Shown in pieces: positions 54,035-62,718 of a stretch of 64,000 nt of DNA (the stretch's first letter is position 1; every line of letters begins with the position of its first letter). The stretch covers positions 20,830 to 84,829 of the forward strand of contig JAURWL010000222.1 in NCBI GenBank assembly GCA_030654965.1. The letters run 5' to 3'. Origin of the DNA: Dehalococcoidales bacterium (GTDB lineage Bacteria > Chloroflexota > Dehalococcoidia > Dehalococcoidales > Fen-1064). Position numbers and translations under genes: made by a program. The notes under the pieces are model-generated. The model was not told the DNA's origin, searched no databases, and saw only the letters and a program-made list of their open reading frames with translations.

Positions 54035-54844
54035 TTACTTATCGTCAGGGGTGAAAACCACTGGTTCCGCAACTGGTCCCTGAGCTTTCGCTACCGGGGG
54101 TGCCGTCGGACTTACCCCTTCTCCTTCATCCTCTGATTTTATAGGTATCTGAAGCACTTTGCCATTGAGCACCGCATCCGCCATCCTGTGGCAAATGAGC
54201 TTGATAGCGCGGATGGCATCATCATTGGCGGGGATAAGGTAATCAATGTCAACGGGGTTGGAATTGGTATCGACCACCGCCACGATAGGGATATTGACCC
54301 GTTTCGCTTCCGCAATGGCAATAATCTCTTTAACCGTATCCACGATGAACAGGGCAGAGGGCAGGCGGGTCATTTCTTTAATACCGCCCAGCTGTTTGTT
54401 CATGTGGGCAATTTCCTCTTCAATTCCCAGCACCTCTTTCTTGGGCAGGCGTGAGAATTCACCTTTATCCCGCTGGTCTTCCAACCGGACGAGGTAATCG
54501 ATGCGTGACTGGATGGTGGTGAAGTTGGTGAGAGTGCCGCCAATCCAGCGGTTATTGACATAGAACATGCCGCACCGTTTGGCTTCTTCCTCAATGGCAT
54601 CATGCGCCTGCTTCTTGGTGCCGACAAAGAGGATAGTGCCGCCTTCGGCAATCAACTCCTTGACAAAGGCGCAGGCTTTATCCAGCAAGCCGGCGGTAAG
54701 TTCCAGGTTGATGATGTGGATGCCGTCACGTTTGGTGAAGATATAGTTCTTCATACGTGGGTGCCAGTGGCTGGTCTGGTGACCGAAGTGGGCGCCCGCT
54801 TCAAGTAGTTCTTTTATTGTGGTGGTGGCTGTGTTTTCTGGCAA
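54035..54844 (-). CDS. rpsB: 30S ribosomal protein S2
   Basis: Start reassigned to TTG 54844, with GGGGAGG 6 nt upstream, giving (M)PENTATTTIKELLEAGAHFGHQT. The ORF track N-terminus (to 54940) has no S2 similarity. Confidence 0.9.
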   Translation of the reverse strand: MPENTATTTIKELLEAGAHFGHQTSHWHPRMKNYIFTKRDGIHIINLELTAGLLDKACAFVKELIAEGGTILFVGTKKQAHDAIEEEAKRCGMFYVNNRWIGGTLTNFTTIQSRIDYLVRLEDQRDKGEFSRLPKKEVLGIEEEIAHMNKQLGGIKEMTRLPSALFIVDTVKEIIAIAEAKRVNIPIVAVVDTNSNPVDIDYLIPANDDAIRAIKLICHRMADAVLNGKVLQIPIKSEDEGEGVSPTAPPVAKAQGPVAEPVVFTPDDK

Positions 54845-54990
54845 AAAATACCTCCCCGGTAAACTACAACAAATTATATCATACAGGGAATGTAAGGAGA
54901 AATGCAAGCTGGGCGTGCGTGAGAGAGCCATAGCTTCCACATCTCCGATGTATGATGCGCTATGGCTGGTGAGGTAGGGTAAAGAGTATT

Positions 54991-55857
54991 CTATCTCACG
55001 CCTTCGAACAGGTCTTTTTCGCGGCGGCGTTTAGGCGGTGGGTAATCCCGCATGAAATAGTCACGCTGTCCACGTCCACGGAGTCTTTCCACAATTCTAA
55101 GGATTCTGAACGGTCCCCGGCGCGGCTGACCGCCTCCCTGGCTGGCGTGACAGGCGGCCGCCTTGTTCCGAATCATTATGGACTTTTTCTTGAGACGGAT
55201 TTCAGCATGGATAGGATATTCCACACCAAATATCCTGGTGAAGTCGATATCCCTGTTACGTCCGGCATGGTGCGGGTCTTGACCGAAGAGCGGCATTAAT
55301 CTGACCATCATCTTCATTAATCCGCGGGGACGGACTCCAAAGTATAGTTTCGAAGGCTGAAACGCTGGACCTGCTTCTGGATATTGTTTAGAGTCATTGG
55401 CGGCATAAAACGCTGCGACCGCGGCATTATGGGTGGCAATGTGGTCGGGGTGGCCGTAGCCTCCGCCGGAGTCGTGGGTAATAACGACATCCGGTTTGAG
55501 CTCACGGATGATTTTAACCATCCTTGCCGCAACGTCCTCAAGAGGAGCCATTGCCAGCGAATCCGGGTGTTTGTTGTCTATTGAGCCGCGCATGCCTGAA
55601 TCGCGATAACCAAGATGAATGACGCCAGCCAATCCCAGTACCTCTGCGGCACATTTCAATTCTGTCATTCGCTTATCTGCAATACTGGCATATCCCTTCA
55701 ATAGTTCCGGGTCGACGGTCCCCGCCTCACCGCGCGTACTGCAGACGCAATAGACTTTTACTCCGGAGGCAGCATACTGCGCTAACGTAGAGCCTATACC
55801 GAAAGTCTCATCATCCGGGTGCGCTCCGAAAAATATCAATACTCTCTGTTTGTTCAT
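54991..55857 (-). CDS. PIG-L/LmbE-family deacetylase
   Basis: Start at MNKQRVLIFFGAHPDDETFG. The HPDH motif is present. Confidence 0.8.
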   Translation of the reverse strand: MNKQRVLIFFGAHPDDETFGIGSTLAQYAASGVKVYCVCSTRGEAGTVDPELLKGYASIADKRMTELKCAAEVLGLAGVIHLGYRDSGMRGSIDNKHPDSLAMAPLEDVAARMVKIIRELKPDVVITHDSGGGYGHPDHIATHNAAVAAFYAANDSKQYPEAGPAFQPSKLYFGVRPRGLMKMMVRLMPLFGQDPHHAGRNRDIDFTRIFGVEYPIHAEIRLKKKSIMIRNKAAACHASQGGGQPRRGPFRILRIVERLRGRGQRDYFMRDYPPPKRRREKDLFEGVR

Positions 55858-55957
55858 AACACCCTTTCCACCAATCGTTGACAATTAAAGGGTATGATAC
55901 TACTACCGTGCAAAGTTTTCAAAAGTGCATTCAAGAAATGTTGTGTATCCTGCTTTT

Positions 55958-57088
55958 TTATAATTTCCCCTTCACCATCCCCGCCACATATCGTGCAATT
56001 GCCGGGGAAGCAGTGAGACCTGGTGATTCGATGCCTATAAGATTAATCAAGCCGGGTAAACCCCTATCCGTCTCATCCGCGATGACAAAGTCGCGGAAGC
56101 CCGCGCCGGGACCCTGCAACTTGGGGCGGATGCCGGCAAAATCTGGGGAGAGGTCGTCAAGCTGAATTACGGGCAGATACCGGTGGGCGGCGCGGTAGAA
56201 ATCGGTTTTGCTGGTTTCATCCACACTGTAATCAATGGCATCCACATATCGGGCGCTGGGACCCAGCTTGATATTGCCATCCAGATTGAGGCTGATGTGA
56301 ATACCTGTCCCCGCCTGCTCCGGAACGGGATAGATAAGCCTTTCGACCACGCGCTTGTCCCTGGAGTCGACGCTGAAGTATTCACCTTTGCAGTAGTGAA
56401 TCCGGTAGCTTGCTTTGTCAATATCGATGCCAGCCAGCGCCGCAATCTTATCGCTGAAAAGCCCGGCGGCATTGATGACTACGGTCGCATGGAGTGAAGA
56501 GATGCTCTCTCGTTCTGTAACAATGACCTTGAAACCATCGATGGTCTTTTCGATGCCGGTTACCTCAGTATTGAAAAAAAAATCGGCGCCGCTTTCCCGC
56601 GCCCGCCCGTAAAACGACTGCATCAAACCCCAGGAATCAATAATGCCTGTTGACGGCGAAAGAAACCCGGCTACCGCCTCAACATTGGGTTCAAGTCGCT
56701 TGATTTCCGCACGTGTCAGTAAAGTGAGGTCGTTAACGCCGTTTTCGATGCCCTGCCGGTACAGGCGCTCAATCTCTCTGGTTTCTTCAGCATCCGCCGC
56801 CACGATTATCTTACCCAGGCGTTTGTGCCCGATGTTGTACTTCTCGCACAACTCATAGAGTAGAGGTTTACCTTCCACGCAGAAGCGGGTTTTCAGAGAG
56901 TCGGGCGGGTTATAAATGCCGGCGTGGATGACCTCGCTGTTGTGACTGCTGGTTTCCAGCCCGAAGGTGCGGTTGCGGTCAAGGATAAAGACCCGCCTGC
57001 CGGGTTTGGCAAGCTCAACGGCGATTGCCAGTCCCACCACCCCTGCCCCAATAATGCATACATCAACCTGGTCCGACATAATAATCAA
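55958..57088 (-). CDS. FAD-dependent oxidoreductase, L-2-hydroxyglutarate oxidase/dehydrogenase-like (COG0579 type)
   Basis: DVCIIGAGVVGLAIA is the GxGxxG motif. SSHNSEVIHAGIYNPPDSLKTRFC and GIESPGLTASPAIA are present. Confidence 0.65.
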   Translation of the reverse strand: MIIMSDQVDVCIIGAGVVGLAIAVELAKPGRRVFILDRNRTFGLETSSHNSEVIHAGIYNPPDSLKTRFCVEGKPLLYELCEKYNIGHKRLGKIIVAADAEETREIERLYRQGIENGVNDLTLLTRAEIKRLEPNVEAVAGFLSPSTGIIDSWGLMQSFYGRARESGADFFFNTEVTGIEKTIDGFKVIVTERESISSLHATVVINAAGLFSDKIAALAGIDIDKASYRIHYCKGEYFSVDSRDKRVVERLIYPVPEQAGTGIHISLNLDGNIKLGPSARYVDAIDYSVDETSKTDFYRAAHRYLPVIQLDDLSPDFAGIRPKLQGPGAGFRDFVIADETDRGLPGLINLIGIESPGLTASPAIARYVAGMVKGKL

Positions 57089-57140
57089 AATCAGTCATAC
57101 CGATGCAATCAGCATCACATTGAACTAAAGTGCAGGGGAG

Positions 57141-57197
57141 TTAGGGGGCGCAGCCCCCTAAAATATAATCTCCCCTCTCTCAACTAGAGAGGGGAGA
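57141..57197. repeat. Two perfect hairpins (9-bp and 11-bp stems) in the spacer after the hoxU-like gene
   Basis: The hairpins are ttagggggc-gca-gccccctaa (57141-57161) and tctcccctctc-tcaacta-gagaggggaga (57169-57197). Confidence 0.7.
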
Positions 57198-57304
57198 AAG
57201 GGGTGAGTCGTTGTGGGAGAATGACCATCCCTTTTCTCCTTAGTGAAACAACAAATTCCAGATTCCGTTTTGCCATAGAATGGTGAGTAATTTTAGTAGG
57301 AATA

Positions 57305-57949
57305 TTAATGCCTTACTTCTACTGGTTTCTTGAGCATTAAGCCTCCCACCGGACATCTTGCCAAGCACTCGAGACAGGACTCGCACTTCTTTTCATCGCC
57401 GTAGAAAGCAACTTTGGTCTCGTGCCCGCGTCCGACATAATAGAGCAGGCTGACGCCGTGGATATCCTCGCACGTGTTGATACAGACTCCGCACAAGACA
57501 CAGCGGTTGGGGTCATAGTCAAAGCTGGAATTCATCTTATCCAGCGGTTTTTTCGCGGGTGGTGGGCGCAGTCGGCGCACTCGTTTCCGGTCGATTTTCA
57601 GATGGCTCATAACGGTCTGTAACTCGCACTTGCCGATGGCGGGACAACCCCGGCATGTATCATGATGGTAGGCGATAAGTAATTCCACCGTGGGGCGGAT
57701 AGCTTTATCCACCTTTTTTGTTTTTGTTTTCACCACCATCCCGGCGATAACCGGCATACGGCAGGCGGTGATAAGTTCGCCATCCGCCATCTCCATCAGG
57801 CAGAGACGGCACACACCCCGGGGTTTCAATTCGGGGTGATGGCAGAGGTGGGGAATATAGATACCGTTTGCGAGCGCGGTATCCAGTACCGTTTGTCCGC
57901 TCTCAGCCTGTACCTCTTTGCCATCGATATTAATGGTTACTTTACTCAT
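57305..57949 (-). CDS. HoxU / NuoG-N-terminal-like 2Fe-2S + 4Fe-4S protein
   Basis: 214 aa. It has 2Fe-2S ferredoxin Cys residues (HLCHH..CRLC..C), a His-ligated cluster HHDTCRGCPAIGKC, and CVLCGVCINTCE plus CESCLECLARCP. There is no catalytic domain. Confidence 0.8.
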   Translation of the reverse strand: MSKVTINIDGKEVQAESGQTVLDTALANGIYIPHLCHHPELKPRGVCRLCLMEMADGELITACRMPVIAGMVVKTKTKKVDKAIRPTVELLIAYHHDTCRGCPAIGKCELQTVMSHLKIDRKRVRRLRPPPAKKPLDKMNSSFDYDPNRCVLCGVCINTCEDIHGVSLLYYVGRGHETKVAFYGDEKKCESCLECLARCPVGGLMLKKPVEVRH

Positions 57950-57961
57950 TGTTTTTCCCGA

Positions 57962-59584
57962 TTAGAGACAGCCGTGGCAAACACCCGCCGGGCAGTGTCC
58001 CTCATAGATGTGGGCTTCGTACTCGTCACGGAAATAGCGAATGGTGCTGAGCACCGGGTTTGGGGCGCTCTGCCCGAGAGCGCAGAGGGAAGCATCCTTA
58101 ATCGAATTGCCCAGCTCCAGTAGAGTATCGATGTCTTCCGGCTTGCCCCTTCCCTGTGTAATGTTGTCCAGAATATCGAACATCTGTTTGGTGCCGATGC
58201 GACAGGGAATGCATTGACCGCAGGATTCGCGCTGGGTGAAATCGAGGAAATAACGGGCGATATCTACCATGCAGGTGTCCTGGTCCATCACCACCATGCC
58301 ACCGGAACCCATCATTGACCCTGCCGCCGTCAGGGAATCGAAATCGACGGGCATATTCAGGAGTTCCGGGGGTAGACAGCCGCCGGAGGGACCGCCGGTC
58401 TGAACGGCTTTAAAAGCGCGTCCGTCGGGAATGCCACCGCCAATATCATAGATAATCTCCCGCAGGCGCGTGCCCATCGTTACCTCGATGAGACCGCTAT
58501 TCACCACTTTGCCCGTGAGTGAGAAGATGGCGGTGCCCTTACTCTTCTCCGAGCCTCGTGATGCAAACCACTGCGAGCCGTGATTGATAATCAACGGGAT
58601 ATTAGCGTAGGTCTTGACGTTATTGAGGAGGGTGGGCTTATCCCACAGTCCTACCTCGGTCGTGCGGGGGCGGGGGAGAGGTCGGGGCATGCCCCGCTTG
58701 CCTTCTATGGAAAGCACGAGTGCTGTGGACTCGCCGCAAACAAAGGCACCAGCGCCCTGAAAAATTTCTACGTCAAAGCTGAATTTACTCCCCAGGATAT
58801 TCTTGCCGAGAAATCCACGTTTCCGTGCCTGTTTGATAGCAATGCCGAGTCGGTGGACGGCGAAGGGGTACTCATTACGCACGTAGGCATAGCCGTGCCG
58901 AGCGCCGATGGCAAAACCGGCAATAATCATACCCTCAAGCACGGAATGGGGGTCGCCCTCCAGTACGGAGCGGTCCTGAAAAGCGCCCGGGTCGCCTTCG
59001 TCGCCGTTGCAGATGATGTACTTGTCCTTGCCGGGCGCCTGAAATGCCGCTTCCCACTTGCGGCCGGTAGGGAAACCGGCGCCACCCAATCCGCGCAGTC
59101 CCGATTTCTTGATTTCCTCAATTATTTCCGTGGGTTTCATGGCGAGGGCTTTGCGTAGCGCCTGATAGCCGCCGGCGGCAAGAGCGTCGTCGATGTTCTC
59201 CGGGTTGATGACGCCGCAGTTGCGCAGGACAAGACGCTGTTGCTTATAGTAGAAAGGGATATCGCGGAAGCTTTTAATGGGCCGGTTGATAGTCGTGTCG
59301 TAGTAGAGAAGGCGCTCAACCGGAACTGTATCAGGTTGAAGGGAGTGGACAATGTCCGGGATGTCATTCGGGGTGACTTTGGTATAGAAAATTCCTTCCG
59401 GTTCTATGACCACCAGCGGTCCGCGCTGGCAGAAGCCGTGACAGCCGGCGTGTTTAATCTGCATTGCGCCGCTGAGGTTTTGTCGGACAAGCTCGGTTTC
59501 CAGGGAATTCAGAATCTGCTCCGCGCCCCCGGAGATACAGCCGGTGCCCTGACAGACAAGGATGGTGCATTTTTTTTCAGGCAT
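57962..59584 (-). CDS. NuoF/HoxF/HydB-like NADH-binding flavoprotein with N-terminal thioredoxin-like 2Fe-2S domain
   Basis: 540 aa. GLRGLGGAGFPTGRKW is the FMN site, DEGDPGAF is present, and the 4Fe-4S motif is ESCGQCIPCR. Confidence 0.9.
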   Translation of the reverse strand: MPEKKCTILVCQGTGCISGGAEQILNSLETELVRQNLSGAMQIKHAGCHGFCQRGPLVVIEPEGIFYTKVTPNDIPDIVHSLQPDTVPVERLLYYDTTINRPIKSFRDIPFYYKQQRLVLRNCGVINPENIDDALAAGGYQALRKALAMKPTEIIEEIKKSGLRGLGGAGFPTGRKWEAAFQAPGKDKYIICNGDEGDPGAFQDRSVLEGDPHSVLEGMIIAGFAIGARHGYAYVRNEYPFAVHRLGIAIKQARKRGFLGKNILGSKFSFDVEIFQGAGAFVCGESTALVLSIEGKRGMPRPLPRPRTTEVGLWDKPTLLNNVKTYANIPLIINHGSQWFASRGSEKSKGTAIFSLTGKVVNSGLIEVTMGTRLREIIYDIGGGIPDGRAFKAVQTGGPSGGCLPPELLNMPVDFDSLTAAGSMMGSGGMVVMDQDTCMVDIARYFLDFTQRESCGQCIPCRIGTKQMFDILDNITQGRGKPEDIDTLLELGNSIKDASLCALGQSAPNPVLSTIRYFRDEYEAHIYEGHCPAGVCHGCL

Positions 59585-60056
59585 TTTTGTTTCCAGAGAC
59601 GTCGGTAAAGAGCACCCCGGCTTTTCTGGGTGTCATGGCGCCGTGGACAGCTTCATTGACTTTCAGGCAGGGTGCGAGCGCACAGCACCCGATACAGGCA
59701 ACTGTTTCCAGCGTGTACTCTAAATCGGCGGAGGTCTCTCCCTCTTTGATGCCGATGGTTTGTTCAATTTCGTTGACAATCTGAGGCGCGCCACGGATAT
59801 GACAGGCAGTGCCACGGCATACAGTAACCCGCCTTTTCCCGACGGGTGTCAGTTGAAAGCGTTTGTAGAAAGAGGCGACGGAATAGATTTGCCCGAGGCT
59901 GATAGCCAGGAACTCCCCGACGTGCTGAATGACATTTCCCGGCAGGTAGCCGAAGGCATCCTGAGCAGCGAGCAAAATGGGCACCAGTTTATTGGCGCCT
60001 TTTCCATGGGTGGAAAGGATTTCTTCAACGCGTGCGTCAATCAGATTAGCGTCCAT
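59577..60056 (-). CDS. NuoE/HoxE/HydC-like 2Fe-2S protein
   Basis: 159 aa with CRGTAC..and CIGCCALAP. It overlaps the nuoF-like start by 8 nt. Confidence 0.85.
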   Translation of the reverse strand: MDANLIDARVEEILSTHGKGANKLVPILLAAQDAFGYLPGNVIQHVGEFLAISLGQIYSVASFYKRFQLTPVGKRRVTVCRGTACHIRGAPQIVNEIEQTIGIKEGETSADLEYTLETVACIGCCALAPCLKVNEAVHGAMTPRKAGVLFTDVSGNKNA

Positions 60057-60094
60057 TGCACATCCGTCGGTAAAGGCTTTCCGCTATAAACTTC

Positions 60095-60124
60095 ATCATA
60101 CACATTGAACGGGGAGAAGTGCAA
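60095..60124 (-). promoter_or_regulatory. Sigma70-type promoter (TTGCAC-18-TATGAT) for the hoxEFU-like operon
   Basis: The minus strand reads TTGCACttctccccgttcaatgtgTATGAT, ending about 38 nt upstream of ATG 60056. Confidence 0.5.
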
Positions 60125-60220
60125 CCTGTCTAAAATGATAAAGTCCAAATATCAGTGAATCTCTTAGATATTTGAGAAAGTCTGTTTAGCACTTGAATCC
60201 CGGTATTTGGAGGGTTAAAG

Positions 60221-60254
60221 AGTCCCCTCCCCCTGGCTATGGAGGAGGGAGACT
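60221..60254 (-). terminator. Imperfect 12-bp hairpin after the gltS-like stop (possible terminator, no clean U-tract)
   Basis: agtcccctccccc..ggaggagggagact lies 29 nt after the stop at 60283. Confidence 0.35.
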
Positions 60255-60282
60255 CCTGCATTATTTTGGTTAGGGATTGAGA

Positions 60283-61875
60283 TTAGCTATCCAGGACTGC
60301 CAGCGCCTCTTCTTTGTAGGCGTCCATAACGTATGGAATACCGGTAACTTTGGCGCATTCCTCAGTCAGCGACATCAGTTCCTTGCGGGAAATCACCGGG
60401 ATACTGAAGCACCGTGAGCCAGCCATCAACTGCTGGAGGCCGACCTTTATCTTCTGGCTGTAGCTATAGATACCCACCGCTCCGAGCGGGATATTCTTCA
60501 TCTCGTTAGCGCCCACCAGGTTCTTGACTTCTTCGTAGCAGACGAAGATTTCTTCCGGTGTGGAACCGAACTGACCGACGGTGTTCGGCAGTTTACCGTC
60601 AGCAAGCCACTGGGCGATATTTTTGCCGACCATACCCGGAATCATCAGAGCGCGGCCCATGCAGATTGCTTTAACGAATGGTGCGCCGAGCGCCAGCGCC
60701 TTGTAGACGCCGTCCTCGCTGGAGAAACCGCCGGCAAATGCCAGGTCGGGAGGTCTCTCACCCTTGTCCGCCAGCCTGCGGGCGAAGTCGTAAGCCGCCG
60801 CGTGCAGGTACAGGGACGGAACGCCCCACTCTTCCATCATGCGCCAGGGACTCATGCCCGTGCCACCGGGAGCGCCGTCAATGGTGAGGAGGTCAATCTT
60901 GGCTTTGGAACCCCATTTGATTGCCATTGCCAGCTCGCGGAGGCTGTAGGCACCGGTCTTGAGGGTAATGCGCTTGAAACCCATATCCCTCAGCTCTTTG
61001 CACCGTGCGTAGAAGCCTTCCTCATCGATGAAACCGAGACGACTGTGGCGTTCGAATTCTTTAATAGCGCCGGCTTTGAAGGCGGCCTGGTTAATGGGAT
61101 TGGATGGGTCTGGTGTTACGATGTAACCGCGTTTTTTAAGTTCCAACGCACGGTCCAGACTGGCAACCTTGATTTCGCCGCCGATACTCTTAGCCCCCTG
61201 CCCCCATTTTAATTCAATAGTATCCAGCTTGTGCTTTTTGAGAACATATTCAGCGACGCCGAGACGTGAATCTTCGACGTTGCACTGTACCAGGATTTCG
61301 CCCATGCCACGATGGTAACGCCTGTAAATTTCAATTCTGCGGTCCATATCGGGCGATAAGGTTACTTTACCTTTGGAGTCGCGCTCCAGCTTGGGGTCGA
61401 TGCCGCAGACATTTTCACCGCAGACCAGGGTAACGCCGCTGATGGCGGCGCCAACAGCGAAATGCTCCCAGTTCCTTCGGGCGATTTCCGTAGAACCGAG
61501 CGCACCGGTGAAAATAGGCACGCTCATCTTTACTTTTTTGGTCCAGCCATATTCGGTTTCGGTGCTGACACCGGGGAACGTAGCTGTGTCCGGGTCGCCG
61601 ACCACACCGGGTGGCAAACCACGGGCGCCCAGGGCGTAGCCCTGGATATTCATGTGGGAGTAATCGACCGGGTAGTCTTTGTCCGCGCCGGCGGTTACTT
61701 CACCAAATGGTCCCGGGTAGATAAGTTCGCGACCGCGGAAGGTTGCTTTGAACACTTCGCAATTGCCGGTACAGCCGTCAATACAACGACTGCAGAGGCC
61801 GCTCATCGGCACCACGCTCCGGGAGCGATTTGCCGTTCTGGTTGCATCATTAGAGTTTGGTCTTTGCAGATTCAT
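60283..61875 (-). CDS. Glutamate synthase-related FMN-binding protein (stand-alone GltB central domain) with N-terminal 4-Cys motif
   Basis: 530 aa. The N-terminal motif is CSRCIDGCTGNCE. The TIM-barrel GltS_FMN region includes IDGAPGGTGMSP and FAGGFSSEDGVYKALALGA. Confidence 0.8.
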   Translation of the reverse strand: MNLQRPNSNDATRTANRSRSVVPMSGLCSRCIDGCTGNCEVFKATFRGRELIYPGPFGEVTAGADKDYPVDYSHMNIQGYALGARGLPPGVVGDPDTATFPGVSTETEYGWTKKVKMSVPIFTGALGSTEIARRNWEHFAVGAAISGVTLVCGENVCGIDPKLERDSKGKVTLSPDMDRRIEIYRRYHRGMGEILVQCNVEDSRLGVAEYVLKKHKLDTIELKWGQGAKSIGGEIKVASLDRALELKKRGYIVTPDPSNPINQAAFKAGAIKEFERHSRLGFIDEEGFYARCKELRDMGFKRITLKTGAYSLRELAMAIKWGSKAKIDLLTIDGAPGGTGMSPWRMMEEWGVPSLYLHAAAYDFARRLADKGERPPDLAFAGGFSSEDGVYKALALGAPFVKAICMGRALMIPGMVGKNIAQWLADGKLPNTVGQFGSTPEEIFVCYEEVKNLVGANEMKNIPLGAVGIYSYSQKIKVGLQQLMAGSRCFSIPVISRKELMSLTEECAKVTGIPYVMDAYKEEALAVLDS

Positions 61876-61932
61876 GTCTTAGTTACTCCTCTTAATCGGT
61901 TTGTTTGATATTTCCAGGGATGCGATTTTCCC

Positions 61933-62703
61933 TTATATCCGAACGGATATTCCTTTTGATTTCAGGTATTTTTTAGCTTCAGGGATAGTGATTTCACCGA
62001 AATGAAAGACAGAAGCGCAGAGAACGGCGGATGCTTTGGCGGTGGCGACTGCGTCATAAAGGTGCTCCAACTTGCCAGCGCCGCCGGAAGCGGTCACGGG
62101 GATATTCACTGCCTCAGCCACCGCTTTAGTCATCTCCAGGTCATAGCCTTCTTTGGTACCATCGGCATCTTTACTGGTGAGCAGGATTTCGCCGGCGCCT
62201 AAGGCTTCTACCTTCTTCGACCAGGTGACGATGTCGATGCCGGTTGACTCCTCACCGCTCCTCACAACAACTTCAAGTCTGGGTAAACGGCTTCCTACAG
62301 GGTTCTTTTTGCCATCGATTGCCACCACGAGATGGTCGCGCCCGAACTCTTTAACTGCCTGCGAGATAAGGTTGGGATTCTTGACGGCGGCGGTGTTGAT
62401 AGAGACCTTGTCCACACCGATGTCCAGCAGGGCTTTCATATCTTCCAGACTACCGATGCCTCCGCCGACGGCAAAGGGGACGGTAGTTACAGCGCGGACT
62501 TTCCTCACCCACTCCAATCGTGTTTTACGATTCTGGACAGTAGCGAAGATGTCGAGGAAGACAAGTTCATCGGCGCCCTGTTTGCAGTACGCCTGTGCCG
62601 CTTCTACGGGGTCGCGAGCATCCTTCAGGTCAACGAACTTGACGCCCTTGACCACTCTACCTTCTCGGATGTCCAGGCAGGGGATAACCTTGATAACCTT
62701 CAT
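61933..62703 (-). CDS. hisF: Imidazole glycerol phosphate synthase cyclase subunit HisF
   Basis: VIPCLDIREGRVVKGVKF, ADELVFLDI, DKVSINTAAV and LLTSKDADGTKEGYDL are present. No hisH, hisA or hisB is nearby. Confidence 0.85.
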   Translation of the reverse strand: MKVIKVIPCLDIREGRVVKGVKFVDLKDARDPVEAAQAYCKQGADELVFLDIFATVQNRKTRLEWVRKVRAVTTVPFAVGGGIGSLEDMKALLDIGVDKVSINTAAVKNPNLISQAVKEFGRDHLVVAIDGKKNPVGSRLPRLEVVVRSGEESTGIDIVTWSKKVEALGAGEILLTSKDADGTKEGYDLEMTKAVAEAVNIPVTASGGAGKLEHLYDAVATAKASAVLCASVFHFGEITIPEAKKYLKSKGISVRI

Positions 62704-62718
62704 TTGTCTCCTTGCTTA

